DNA of 64,000 nucleotides from an uncultured delta proteobacterium (lineage in GTDB: Bacteria; Myxococcota_A; UBA9160; SZUA-336). This document shows, one piece after another, positions 18,819 through 28,242 of the stretch. Position 1 is the stretch's first letter. Each line of letters opens with the position of its first letter. The notes below the pieces were generated by a model that saw only the letters and a program-made list of their open reading frames with translations, had not been told where the DNA came from and did no database searches. The DNA lies in the NCBI GenBank assembly GCA_963704165.1, contig CAVPHD010000004.1, forward strand, positions 96,001 through 160,000, in the 5' to 3' direction. Position numbers and translations under genes: made by a program.

Positions 18819-20168
18819 GTGAAGACGAATCGCCGCGATTTCCTGCGCACGGCCGGATGGGCGAGCCTGGCCCTGCTCGGACTGCCTCGGATCGGCCGCG
18901 CGAGCGATTCGCTCGTGCCCGACCCGAACGGACTGCTCGCGATGGCGCCGGGCTTCTCGTACCGAGTGATCGCGCGAACCGGCGACGAGATGAGTGACGG
19001 GCTGCTCATGCCGGGCAGCCCCGATGGTACGGGCGCGTTTCCGGGGCCGGGCGGGCGGGTGATTCTCGTCCGCAATCACGAGCTGGTCACCGCGCAGCCG
19101 ACGCCGGGACCTTTCGGCGCGAGGCTCGAGCGCCTCGGTCGTGTCGATCCGAGCCGCTTGTACGACGTCGGGACCGACGGCGTTCCGCACGCCGGCGGCA
19201 CGACGACGCTTCTCTACGATCCCGCGAGCGGGAAGGTCGAGGCGAGCTGGCTCTCGCTCGGCGGCACGATCCGGAACTGCGCCGGCGGCGTGACGCCCTG
19301 GGGTTCGTGGCTCAGCTGCGAGGAGTTCACCGGACGCGCCGGCGGTCCGTTCGCGCGCGATCACGGCTTCGTCTTCGAGGTACCCGCCACGGCCGAGCCG
19401 GCGCTCACGCACGCTCGGCCGCTCGAAGCGATGGGTCGGATGAACCACGAAGCCGCGACGGTCGATCCCGCGAGCGGCATCGTCTACCTGACCGAGGACC
19501 GCGGCGAGTCGCTCTTCTATCGCTTCTTGCCCGAGGTTCCCGGCGCGCTCGATCGCGGCGGCGTGCTGCAGGCCCTGCGCTTGCGCGACGGTCGGACGGA
19601 TACGCGCAACCGCGAGGACGCTCCGGTCTTCGAGCGCTCGAGAGCCTTCGCAGTCGATTGGGTGACCCTCGATGGTGTCGATGCGCCCGACGACGACCTG
19701 CGCATTCGCGGTCACGCGGAGAAACGCGCGGCGCTCTTCGCGCGCGGCGAGGGGATCTGGGCCTCGCGCGCGGGCCTCTTCTTCACCTGCACCACCGGCG
19801 GGTCAGCCGGGCGCGGGCAGATCTTCCGGTACGTGCCGAGCGAGCGCGAAGGGGCGAACGGGGAATCCGCGCGGCCAGGCACGGTCGAGCTCTTTCTCGA
19901 ATCCGACGCGACGACGGAGCTGCGCAACCCCGACAACCTCACGGTCGCGCCCTGGGGAGATCTCTTCGTCTGCGAGGATGGCGGCGGCGACGATGGCCTC
20001 GTGCGAATCGACCCGCGCGGCAATCTCTCGACGATCGCTCGCAACATCTACACCCGGTCCGAACTCACCGGCGTCTGCTTCTCTCCCGACGGTCGGACGC
20101 TGTTCGTGAATCTTCAGCAGCCTGGAATCTCGCTCGCGATCACGGGTCCGTTCCGTCAGCACGCGTAG
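18819..20168 (+). CDS. phoX: PhoX-family (DUF839) alkaline phosphatase, Tat-exported
   Basis: NRRDFL Tat motif; RNHE, NCAGGVTPWGSWLSCEE, GRMNHEA, RGEG, NPDNL, CED, ELTG. Confidence 0.9.
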   Translation: MKTNRRDFLRTAGWASLALLGLPRIGRASDSLVPDPNGLLAMAPGFSYRVIARTGDEMSDGLLMPGSPDGTGAFPGPGGRVILVRNHELVTAQPTPGPFGARLERLGRVDPSRLYDVGTDGVPHAGGTTTLLYDPASGKVEASWLSLGGTIRNCAGGVTPWGSWLSCEEFTGRAGGPFARDHGFVFEVPATAEPALTHARPLEAMGRMNHEAATVDPASGIVYLTEDRGESLFYRFLPEVPGALDRGGVLQALRLRDGRTDTRNREDAPVFERSRAFAVDWVTLDGVDAPDDDLRIRGHAEKRAALFARGEGIWASRAGLFFTCTTGGSAGRGQIFRYVPSEREGANGESARPGTVELFLESDATTELRNPDNLTVAPWGDLFVCEDGGGDDGLVRIDPRGNLSTIARNIYTRSELTGVCFSPDGRTLFVNLQQPGISLAITGPFRQHA

Positions 20169-20191
20169 TTCCGATGTGACAGAATCGGGGC

Positions 20192-21220
20192 GTGCACGAA
20201 CTCGCCCCACGCATCGCCGCGTACGCGCAGCGTCGCCTGCCGCGGACCGCGGACCTCGAAGTGCTCGACGTCGAGCGGATTCACGGCGGCGCCTCGCGCG
20301 AGACCTATCGCCTGCGGCTTTCGTACCGCGACGGCGCCGAGACGATCGAGCGGCGGCTGATCCTCCGCCGCGATCCCCCGGGCAGCCTGATCGAGACCGA
20401 TCGCGAGATCGAGTTCGCCGCCTATCGCGCGTTCGCCGGCTCGGCCGTGCCGGTTCCCGAGGCGCTCTGGCTCGAGAACGATCCGTGCCATCTCGACTAC
20501 CCGTTCTTCGTGATGGAGGAGCTCTCGGGCTTCGACGCGTCGCCCTCCAACATCCTGATGCCACCCTACGCCGCGCACCACGAGAAGCTCGCGCAGCAGA
20601 AGTGGTCGATTCTCGGGACGATCGCGCAGGCCGATCCGGAGAAGCTCGGGCTCGTCGGCATCATGAAGCCGATCGCGCTCGAAGAGGCCTGGCGCCGTGA
20701 GCTCGACCACTGGGTCGGCGTGATCGACGAGGACGAGCTCGCGCCCCAGCCGATCATGCGCGCCGCGATCCGCCACCTGCGGCGCAACCCGCCGCCCGCG
20801 CCTTCGCGTCTTCACGTCGTCCACGGCGACTACCGCACCGGGAACTTCCTGTACGACAAGGAAGGGAACGTGCGCGGAATCCTCGACTGGGAAATGGCGC
20901 ACCTCGGTGATCCGCTCGAGGATCTGGCGTGGAGCCTGAATCGGGTCTGGTGTTGGGCGCGGGACTCCCGCGTCGGCGGGCTGACCTCGAAGGAGAACGC
21001 GATCCGGATCTGGGAGGCCGCGAGCGGACTTCGCGCGGATCCCGCGGCGTTGCGCTGGTGGGAGCTCTTCTCGAGCGTGAAGGGCCAGGCGATCTGGATT
21101 TCGAGCGGCCGCGAGTATCAGAACGGCAAGAACAAGGATCCGGTGCTCGCGCTCTCGGGATGGTGGCTCTCGAACGCCCAGGACCGCGCCGCGCTCGAGA
21201 CGCTGGGCAGGCTTCGATGA
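20192..21220 (+). CDS. APH-like phosphotransferase (LvaA/ACAD10-11 kinase-like)
   Basis: GGASRETY, HGDYRTGN, LDWEMAHLGDPLEDL. Confidence 0.88.
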   Translation: MHELAPRIAAYAQRRLPRTADLEVLDVERIHGGASRETYRLRLSYRDGAETIERRLILRRDPPGSLIETDREIEFAAYRAFAGSAVPVPEALWLENDPCHLDYPFFVMEELSGFDASPSNILMPPYAAHHEKLAQQKWSILGTIAQADPEKLGLVGIMKPIALEEAWRRELDHWVGVIDEDELAPQPIMRAAIRHLRRNPPPAPSRLHVVHGDYRTGNFLYDKEGNVRGILDWEMAHLGDPLEDLAWSLNRVWCWARDSRVGGLTSKENAIRIWEAASGLRADPAALRWWELFSSVKGQAIWISSGREYQNGKNKDPVLALSGWWLSNAQDRAALETLGRLR

Positions 21221-21663
21221 AACCCGACGTTCCCAACGTGCTCGAAGTCCTGACCGGGACGCTGATGTTCGACGTCGCGCCCAACGTCACGCCGTCCTAC
21301 CGGCAGTCTTCGATCGGCGTCACCGCGATCCTGCTCGGCATGATGCGCGAGGAGTGGGACCGCGCGGCCGCACGCCGGCTCGAGGAGAACGAGGCTCTGC
21401 GCGGGCTCTTCCGCGAGTCGCGACTTGCGGTGTCCGACACGGATCTGCGTCGGCGTCTGGATGAAGCGGCGGCGGCTCGGGATGCGAGCTTCCGGGTCTC
21501 GGATCTCGAGCGCGGGAACGAGGCGCTGCGAAAGCTCCTGATCGAGCTTCACGAGCACGTCGAGCTCGAGACGAGCGCCGAGGCCCGCCGGGTGGAGGAC
21601 GCGATCTGGCGCGAGCTCTCCGCATCGACGGAGCGCCGCAAGCTCGCCCTCGCGCCGTTCTAG
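21217..21663 (+). CDS. Small helical partner of the phosphotransferase (LvaB-like)
   Basis: ATGA-coupled to kinase; helical N-terminal pattern reminiscent of LvaB. Confidence 0.55.
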   Translation: MKPDVPNVLEVLTGTLMFDVAPNVTPSYRQSSIGVTAILLGMMREEWDRAAARRLEENEALRGLFRESRLAVSDTDLRRRLDEAAAARDASFRVSDLERGNEALRKLLIELHEHVELETSAEARRVEDAIWRELSASTERRKLALAPF

Positions 21664-22196
21664 CGGCGCGCTTCGGATCCGAACGCCGAATCGACCCGAA
21701 CGTCCCGGAACGCGACGACGCGCCAACCTCCGTCGGCTTCGATCAGGTGCGCTTCGACCTCGTGCACCTCCGGAACCCCGAACGCCGAGAGACGACCGGC
21801 CGGATCGACGTTGACCGTCGCGTGGCCATGCAGTCGGATCGCCGATCGACCGTCTGGGTCGAGGCCGGCTTCCTGACGGAGATCGAGCGCGAAACCCCGG
21901 ACCCTTCCGATCGAGGAGGAGACGCCGTCCTCGAGCTTCGCCACGAGCGCCAGGTCCGCCTCGCTGCCCGGCAGGACGAGCGCGCCCGCCGCCTCGAGGT
22001 CGTTCTTCTGAAGCCTCCAGTAGAAGGACTCGAAGGTGTCGAGCCCGCGATGTTTCACGCGGCTCGCTTCGAGCCACGCGCGTCCCCACGCGCCACCCGC
22101 GAACATCGTCGTCACCGAAAGCACGAGCAAGAGCGTCTTCAACGCCGATCCTCCGCTTGCGAAGGCGACGGCCGACACCGTCGCCACTCCTCGCAT
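21660..22196 (-). CDS. Hypothetical membrane-anchored protein
   Basis: ORF filling the gap between convergent genes; N-terminal hydrophobic segment; start uncertain. Confidence 0.55.
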   Translation of the reverse strand: MRGVATVSAVAFASGGSALKTLLLVLSVTTMFAGGAWGRAWLEASRVKHRGLDTFESFYWRLQKNDLEAAGALVLPGSEADLALVAKLEDGVSSSIGRVRGFALDLRQEAGLDPDGRSAIRLHGHATVNVDPAGRLSAFGVPEVHEVEAHLIEADGGWRVVAFRDVRVDSAFGSEARR

Positions 22197-22233
22197 CGGT
22201 CGGGTCGGCTTCGGGCTTTCCGTCTTTCTCGCT

Positions 22234-22623
22234 TCAGATGACGAGCGCGTAGAGCGCCAGGACACATTCGACCCCGATCACGATCCAGGTCAAGAGCGTC
22301 CCGAAGAACCGGCCCGGTGTTCTTCCGGTGGCCCTCGAGAGGCCGAACGCGTGCAGGAGCCGGGCGGCGAGGAACGAGCCGCCGAGAGCGTGAAGCACCG
22401 TCGTGGACGTGGAGTTCAGCTCGAGCACGAGCAACAGCAGGAGCGCGATCGGCGCGTACTCGACGAGGTTCGCGTGCACGCGAATCCGCTGCTGCAGGCC
22501 GACGTTTCCGTCGTCGCCGAAGATCACGTTCTCGGTTCCGCGCGCGGACGAAACTCGCGCGGCCAGTGCGATCGAGAGCAGACCGAGGACCGCGGCCCAG
22601 AGTGCGGTGACCGGTACCAGCAT
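22234..22623 (-). CDS. MAPEG family membrane protein
   Basis: RVHANLVEY, ARLLHAFG, four TM segments; GGAGG SD. Confidence 0.88.
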   Translation of the reverse strand: MLVPVTALWAAVLGLLSIALAARVSSARGTENVIFGDDGNVGLQQRIRVHANLVEYAPIALLLLLVLELNSTSTTVLHALGGSFLAARLLHAFGLSRATGRTPGRFFGTLLTWIVIGVECVLALYALVI

Positions 22624-22822
22624 CGATTGCCTCCGGCGGCAACCTAGTCGGCGGCTCGCGCTCGCGTCAATCGATTCGTGCGCGAGCGGCGCCGCGATGG
22701 AGCGCGGTCGGGCAATGGCCGGGAAGTCGTCGGATGAAATCTCCATGGCCGCGGTTCAGAATGCGGCCGCGTTCCCGAGCGCGTCATATCGAGTGCAGAT
22801 GCGGGAAGGGGAGGGAGCTTTT

Positions 22823-23857
22823 GTGAACGAGTCGCCAGCGCCTGAAGCGACGCGTGCCGCGGAGAAGCTCGTCCCGCTTCCGGCGCAACCGTCCGACACG
22901 CCCTGGCCGACGCGTGATTGGCCGCGCGGCGAGCTGCCGAAAGGCTTCGTCGAGCCGCCGTTCCCGGATGCGGGCGAGACCCACGCGCTCGTGGTGATCT
23001 GGCGCGGACGACTCGTGCTCGAGCGCTACGGCGCCGAGCACGGTCCCGAGAGCGCGCTCATCTCCTGGTCCGTCGCGAAGAGCATCCTGCACTCGCTGGT
23101 CGGCCTGCTCGTACGCGACGGCAAGCTCTCGCCTCGTTCGCGCGCGGACCTGCCGGCCTGGCGCGGGCCCGACGATCCGCGTGCGGCGATCACGCTGGAC
23201 GTCCTCTTGCGCATGTCGAGCGGTCTCGCCTGGCGCGAGGACTACGTCGATTCCCAGAAGTCCGACGTGATCGAGATGCTCTTCGGCAGTGGCAAGGACG
23301 ACGTCGCCGCGTACGCCGCGAACGCCGCGCTCGAACACGCGCCCGACACCGTCTGGTGCTACTCGAGCGGCACGAGCAATCTGGTCTCCTCGATCGCCGG
23401 GCGCGCTCTCGGCGGGGGTCGGGACGCGATGGCGGGCTATCTGCATCGCGAGCTCTTCGACCGGATCGGAATGCGCAGCGCTACCGAGCGATTCGACGCG
23501 TCCGGAACGTGGATCGGCTCGTCGTTCGTGTTCGCGACCGCGCGCGACTTCGCGCGCTTCGGTCTGCTCCAGCTTCGCGACGGGATCTGGGAGGGCGAAC
23601 GCGTGCTCCCGGAAGGCTGGGTCGACTACGCGCGCACGCCGGCGCCCGCCTCGAACACCGAGTACGGCGCGCACTGGTGGCTCCCGATCGAGGGGGACGG
23701 GATGTTCTCGGCGAACGGCTACCGCGGGCAGTACATCTACGTCGCGCCCGCGCAGGACGTGGTCGCCGTGCGCCTCGGCGCGACGCCCGCCGAAGAGCAG
23801 CCGCTCGTGAAGGTCTGGCTCGCGGAGCTGGTGCGCCGGTTTCCGCGCCTTCGTTGA
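22823..23857 (+). CDS. Serine hydrolase, beta-lactamase fold (NylB-like)
   Basis: SWSVAKS (SxxK), YSS, ARDFARFG, ANGYRGQ; GGAGGGAG SD. Confidence 0.88.
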   Translation: MNESPAPEATRAAEKLVPLPAQPSDTPWPTRDWPRGELPKGFVEPPFPDAGETHALVVIWRGRLVLERYGAEHGPESALISWSVAKSILHSLVGLLVRDGKLSPRSRADLPAWRGPDDPRAAITLDVLLRMSSGLAWREDYVDSQKSDVIEMLFGSGKDDVAAYAANAALEHAPDTVWCYSSGTSNLVSSIAGRALGGGRDAMAGYLHRELFDRIGMRSATERFDASGTWIGSSFVFATARDFARFGLLQLRDGIWEGERVLPEGWVDYARTPAPASNTEYGAHWWLPIEGDGMFSANGYRGQYIYVAPAQDVVAVRLGATPAEEQPLVKVWLAELVRRFPRLR

Positions 23858-23869
23858 GCTTCGCGCACC

Positions 23870-24928
23870 TCAGGATGCGGGCGTCGCGGATCCCTGTCCC
23901 TTCGCCGCGAGCTCCCGGTCGATCCACTTCGAGAAGTCGTCCAACGGGCGCGCACCCGAAATCAGGATCCCGTTGATGAAGAACGCCGGTGTTCCGGTGA
24001 TTCCGAGCGCGCGCGCCGCGTCCGTATCCGCCTGCACCCGCTGCGCGGCCTCCGGGCTCTGCAGACAGGTCTTGAAGACCGCCGCGTCGAGACCGGCCGT
24101 GCTGGCGTACTTCGCGAGCTCCTCGTTGCCGAGCGCCTGCTGGTTCTCGAAGAGCAGCGCGTGGTACTCCCAGAACTTGCCCTGGCTCTCCGCGCAGACC
24201 GCCGCGATCGCCGCCGGCCGGGCCTGCGGGTGCAGCGCGTCGAGAGGCAGATGGCGGAAGACCAGGCGAACCTGCGTCGGGTACTTCGCGAGGACGGCGT
24301 CGATCGTCGGCTCGGCGCGCTTGCAGAACGGGCACTCGTAGTCGCTGAACGAAACGATCACGACCGGTGCGTTCTCGGGTCCGCGCGCGGGGCCGACCGC
24401 GTCGACGATCGCCCGCGGCGGCTGGAGCGAGACGGAGACCGTCGCCTTCGAGCGGAGATCCTCCGCCACCTTCTGCGGCCGCTGCGCCTCGAGGTGCGCC
24501 TTGATGCGAGGCGCCAGGTCCGCGAGCGTCGAGCCCGGCGGGAGCCGCGACTGGTTCGCGTCGTAGAACTCCTTCACCTCGGCGTCGGTCACGGCGCCGA
24601 GCGCGAGCGCCGCAGCCTCGAGGTACTCCTGCGAGGTCTGCCCGGCCTGCTTCGCGGCATCCGCCACGAGCCGCTCGTTCACCATCGCGTCGATCGCCTG
24701 CGCCTGCTCCTCGTAGACCTCACCCGCGGGCTTGTTCTCCATCTCGCGCTTGTAGAGGTTGTCCTTCATCCAGTCTTCGAGCTCGGCGGCGTCGATGCTG
24801 CGGCCGTTCAGCTCGGCGACGACATCTGACGGTGCTTTGGCGGCGGGCGCGGAGTTGCCGGCATCCTGCTGCTGGCACGAGACCGAGCCGAGTAGAAGGG
24901 CGATCGGGATGAGCGAGCGAACGCGCAT
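23870..24928 (-). CDS. DsbA-family thiol-disulfide oxidoreductase lipoprotein with SurA-like N-terminal region
   Basis: Lipobox-like SVSC, FSDYECPFC, RHLPL..HPQA, GTPAFFING. Confidence 0.88.
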   Translation of the reverse strand: MRVRSLIPIALLLGSVSCQQQDAGNSAPAAKAPSDVVAELNGRSIDAAELEDWMKDNLYKREMENKPAGEVYEEQAQAIDAMVNERLVADAAKQAGQTSQEYLEAAALALGAVTDAEVKEFYDANQSRLPPGSTLADLAPRIKAHLEAQRPQKVAEDLRSKATVSVSLQPPRAIVDAVGPARGPENAPVVIVSFSDYECPFCKRAEPTIDAVLAKYPTQVRLVFRHLPLDALHPQARPAAIAAVCAESQGKFWEYHALLFENQQALGNEELAKYASTAGLDAAVFKTCLQSPEAAQRVQADTDAARALGITGTPAFFINGILISGARPLDDFSKWIDRELAAKGQGSATPAS

Positions 24929-24966
24929 TTTCGGAGTCCTCCGTGAAACGGTCGGCGAGTCTAGCC

Positions 24967-24995
24967 TTGTATCTATCGGGCTGCCCAGAGAGAAT
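24967..24995 (+). promoter_or_regulatory. Sigma70-type promoter TTGTAT-17-GAGAAT, leaderless start at 25003
   Basis: 17-bp spacer; -10 ends 7 nt before GTG; no SD. Confidence 0.4.
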
Positions 24996-25002
24996 CGCCG
25001 CC

Positions 25003-26810
25003 GTGCAACCCGCCGTGGTCGAGCCAACGAACGCTGAACCTGCGGCTCCGCGCGGTTCGAGCCCCGCCGAGCGATTGCCGCTCGGAATCATGCTCGCCTA
25101 CGGCGCTCCGAACTTCGCGGGCGCGGCGATGGCGATTCCGATCGCGATCCATCTGTCGATCTTCTATTCCGACGTCATCCTCGTTCCGCTCGGCGTGATC
25201 GCGCTCGCGAAGGCGCTCGGCCGCGCGTGGGATGCTCTCACCGATCCGATCATGGGGTGGGTGAGCGATCGCACACGCGGCCCGTGGGGACGCCGTCGGC
25301 CGTGGATGGCGATCGGCGCTCCGGGCGCGGCGATCGCGTTCGTCGCCATGTTCTCACCGCCGGAGAGCCTCGACGCGGCCGGAGCCGGGCTCTGGCTCTG
25401 CGCGACCTACATCATCTACTACCTGTTCCAGACCGTGTACGCGATCCCGCACTACGGACTCGGTCCCGAACTGACGACGGACTACCGGGAGCGCTCGACC
25501 CTGTTCGGCTGGGAGCAGGGCTTCTCGGTGGCGGGCACGATGATCGCGGCCGCGATCCCGGGCCTGCTCGCGGCACGGATGGGCGCGCGCGCGGGCTACT
25601 TCTGGTTCGCGGTGATCTTCGGCTCGCTGCTCGCGTTCCTGTTCTGGAACCTGGTCTGGCGCGTGCGCGAGCGAGCGACTTCGCGAATCGCGCACCGAAC
25701 CCGCTCGTTCCCGGCGTGCGCCGTGTGCTGCGAAATCGCGTCTTCCGCCTGCTGCTCAGCGTCTATCTGATCGGCTCGATCACCGGTGCGATCCCCGGCA
25801 CGCTGATGCCCTACTTCGTCACCTACGTGCTGAAGCCCGAGAACCCGTCGCTGTGGATCTCGATCTTCCTTCTCATCTACTTCGGCTTCGGCTTCCTGTT
25901 CCTGCCCGGATGGGTGTGGCTCGCGCGCCGCGCGGGCAAGAAGCTCGCCTGGTTGCTCTCGTTCGTCTCCGCGTTCACCGGATCGCTCGCGCTCTTCTTC
26001 GTGCAAGAGGGGCAGCTTCTCGAGTTCGGCGTGATCCTGGCCTGGGCCGGCTCGTCGTTCGCGGCGCGGCTCTTCCTCGGCCCCGCGATCCAGGCCGACG
26101 TGATCGACTACGACGAGCTCTACACCGGAAAGCGTCGAGAGGCGCAGTACGGCTCGCTCTGGTCGGTGATGACCAAGTTCATGGTGATTCCGTCACTGAC
26201 GATCCCGCTCGCGGTGCTCGCGACGCTCGGCTACCAGCCCAACGTCGAGCAGACGCCGCAGGTCCAGTTCGCGATCCGCGCGATCTTCTCGCTCGCGCCC
26301 GCGACGACGGCGCTGATCGCCTTCGGCGTCGCATGCTTCTTCCCGATCAACGAGGCGATCCACCGCGCGATCTGGGCCGGCATCGAGGCGCACAAGCGCG
26401 GCGAGAGCGCGACCGACCCGCTGACGGGCGTCGTGCTGCCGCCGCCGAGCAACCGCGGCGTCGACGAGGAGACCGGCTGGTTCCTCGACCACTTCACGGC
26501 GGGCGAGCTGCGTCGGGTGCTCTCCGACGGCGCGTCGGTGCTGGTCCGCGACACCATCGGCTGGTGCCTGATCTCGCTCGGGCTCTGCGGCGTGGGTGTG
26601 ATGTACACGCTCGAAGCCGTTCGCGATCTCTCGGAAGAGCCGGGGCTCCTGGCGGTGGTCGCGATCGTGGTGGCGGGCATCGCTTTCAGCACGGCGGTCT
26701 TCCACGCGGTTCGAGTGCGCGCCGCGCTGCTTCACCGACGGCGTCCGATCGACTCCGCGATCCTGCGCGCGCACATTCGAGCGAACGCGAAGCCGGGCGG
26801 CGTCGCTTAG
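25003..26810 (+). pseudogene. GPH/MelB-like MFS transporter with one frameshift near 25673 (probably assembly indel)
   Basis: N-half (DALTDPIMGWVSDRT..GRRRPW) in ORF 24943..25770; C-half (ADVIDYDELYTGKRREAQY) in ORF 25227..26810; one base missing at gagcgagcgac. Confidence 0.85.
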
Positions 26811-27790
26811 GCGCGCTTCAGGCCGCCGAGGAACTCGAGCAGCGCCTTGTTCGTCGCGTCGGGTGCTTCCTGTTGATTCCAATGCCCCGCGCCTTCGATC
26901 AGCACCTTTCCGCGCAGATCGGTGCAGAACGTCGGCAGCATCTGCACCATCGGTCCCTCGCCCTCGTTGTCGGGCCCGGTGACGACGGCGTCCCGCAGTC
27001 CGCCGATGAAGAACGACGGCACGACGACCTTCGCGTCCGCCCACGGTGCGAGCAACTCCCAGTTCCGGTCGAAGTTGCGATACCAGTTCAACCCGCCGCG
27101 AAAGCCGCGCCGCGTGAACTCGCCGGCGTAGAAGTCGAGATCGGCCTCGGTGAGCCAGCTCGGAAGCTCGTCGGGGTCCGTCATGGCGTCGAGGAACTTC
27201 GCCGTCTTGGGCAGGTTCACGTTCCACTTCTTGTCGCGCGGCACCGAGCCCGAGGCGCTGTACAGCATCATGCGCATCATCCTGCGGGGATCGGCTTCGA
27301 ACTCGCGCTCCGCCTTTCCCGGCTCCTGGAAATACAGGATGTACATGAAGCGATCGCCGGCCAGCGTCTTGAACATCTGTATCGGCGGCATCGGGCCGCG
27401 AGGGAAGAAGGGAACGCTCATGCCGCAGACGGCCTTGAAGCGATCGGGACGAAGCAGTGCCGAGTTCCACGCGACGATCGAGCCCCAGTCGTGGCCGACG
27501 ATCGTGCACTCGCGCGCGCCGAGCGCGTCGAGCAGTCCGACCATGTCACCGACCAGATGGAACACGGTGTAGCGTTCGATCTCTTCGGGCGCGTCGCTGC
27601 GCCCGTAGCCGCGCATGTCCGGCGCGACCGCGTGATAGCCCGCGGCCGCGAGCGCCGGAAGCTGGTGCCGCCACGAGTACCACGACTCGGGCCAGCCGTG
27701 GCAGAGCAGCACGAGCGGTCCCTCGCCCGCCTCGGCGATGTGCAGTTGGATGCCGTTGGTCTGGATCGTGCGCCGTCGGATCTCCGTCAT
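26807..27790 (-). CDS. Epoxide hydrolase-type alpha/beta hydrolase
   Basis: HGWPESWYSWRHQ, GHDWG (Asp nucleophile), LNWYRN, GHWNQQE. Confidence 0.92.
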   Translation of the reverse strand: MTEIRRRTIQTNGIQLHIAEAGEGPLVLLCHGWPESWYSWRHQLPALAAAGYHAVAPDMRGYGRSDAPEEIERYTVFHLVGDMVGLLDALGARECTIVGHDWGSIVAWNSALLRPDRFKAVCGMSVPFFPRGPMPPIQMFKTLAGDRFMYILYFQEPGKAEREFEADPRRMMRMMLYSASGSVPRDKKWNVNLPKTAKFLDAMTDPDELPSWLTEADLDFYAGEFTRRGFRGGLNWYRNFDRNWELLAPWADAKVVVPSFFIGGLRDAVVTGPDNEGEGPMVQMLPTFCTDLRGKVLIEGAGHWNQQEAPDATNKALLEFLGGLKRA

Positions 27791-27832
27791 CGAGTTGCAG
27801 ACTACCATGCGGGCGCTTCAGACTTCCGCGGC

Positions 27833-28237
27833 ATGCCGATCATCCACACCGAGAAGCTGCGCGTGAACTGGATCGACACCGACGCGAGCGGGCGCATCCA
27901 CTACACCGCCGCGCTGCGCTACTTCGAGGTCGCCGAACACGGTCTGATGCGCACGCTCTCCCCGACCGGCGGAGTCCCCGGCGATCGCGCCTTCTCGCTC
28001 CCGCGCGTTCACGTCGAAGCGGACTACAAGCTCGCGCTCCGTTACCCCGACGAGTTCACGTGCAGCGCGCGCGTCGAGAAGGTCGGCAACACCTCCGTGA
28101 CCTATGGCTTCGAGATCCGGAACCTCGAGGGCGAGGTCGCGATCTCCGGTCGGATCACCGCCGTCGCGCTGGATCTCTCGGGCAAGAAGCTGCCGCTTCC
28201 CGAGGCGTTCCGCGCCGCGCTCGAACGAGGGCGCTAG
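27833..28237 (+). CDS. Hotdog-fold acyl-CoA thioesterase (4HBT/YbgC family)
   Basis: VNWIDTDASGRIHY..YFE, VGNTSVTY. Confidence 0.88.
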   Translation: MPIIHTEKLRVNWIDTDASGRIHYTAALRYFEVAEHGLMRTLSPTGGVPGDRAFSLPRVHVEADYKLALRYPDEFTCSARVEKVGNTSVTYGFEIRNLEGEVAISGRITAVALDLSGKKLPLPEAFRAALERGR

Positions 28238-28242
28238 CGCGG

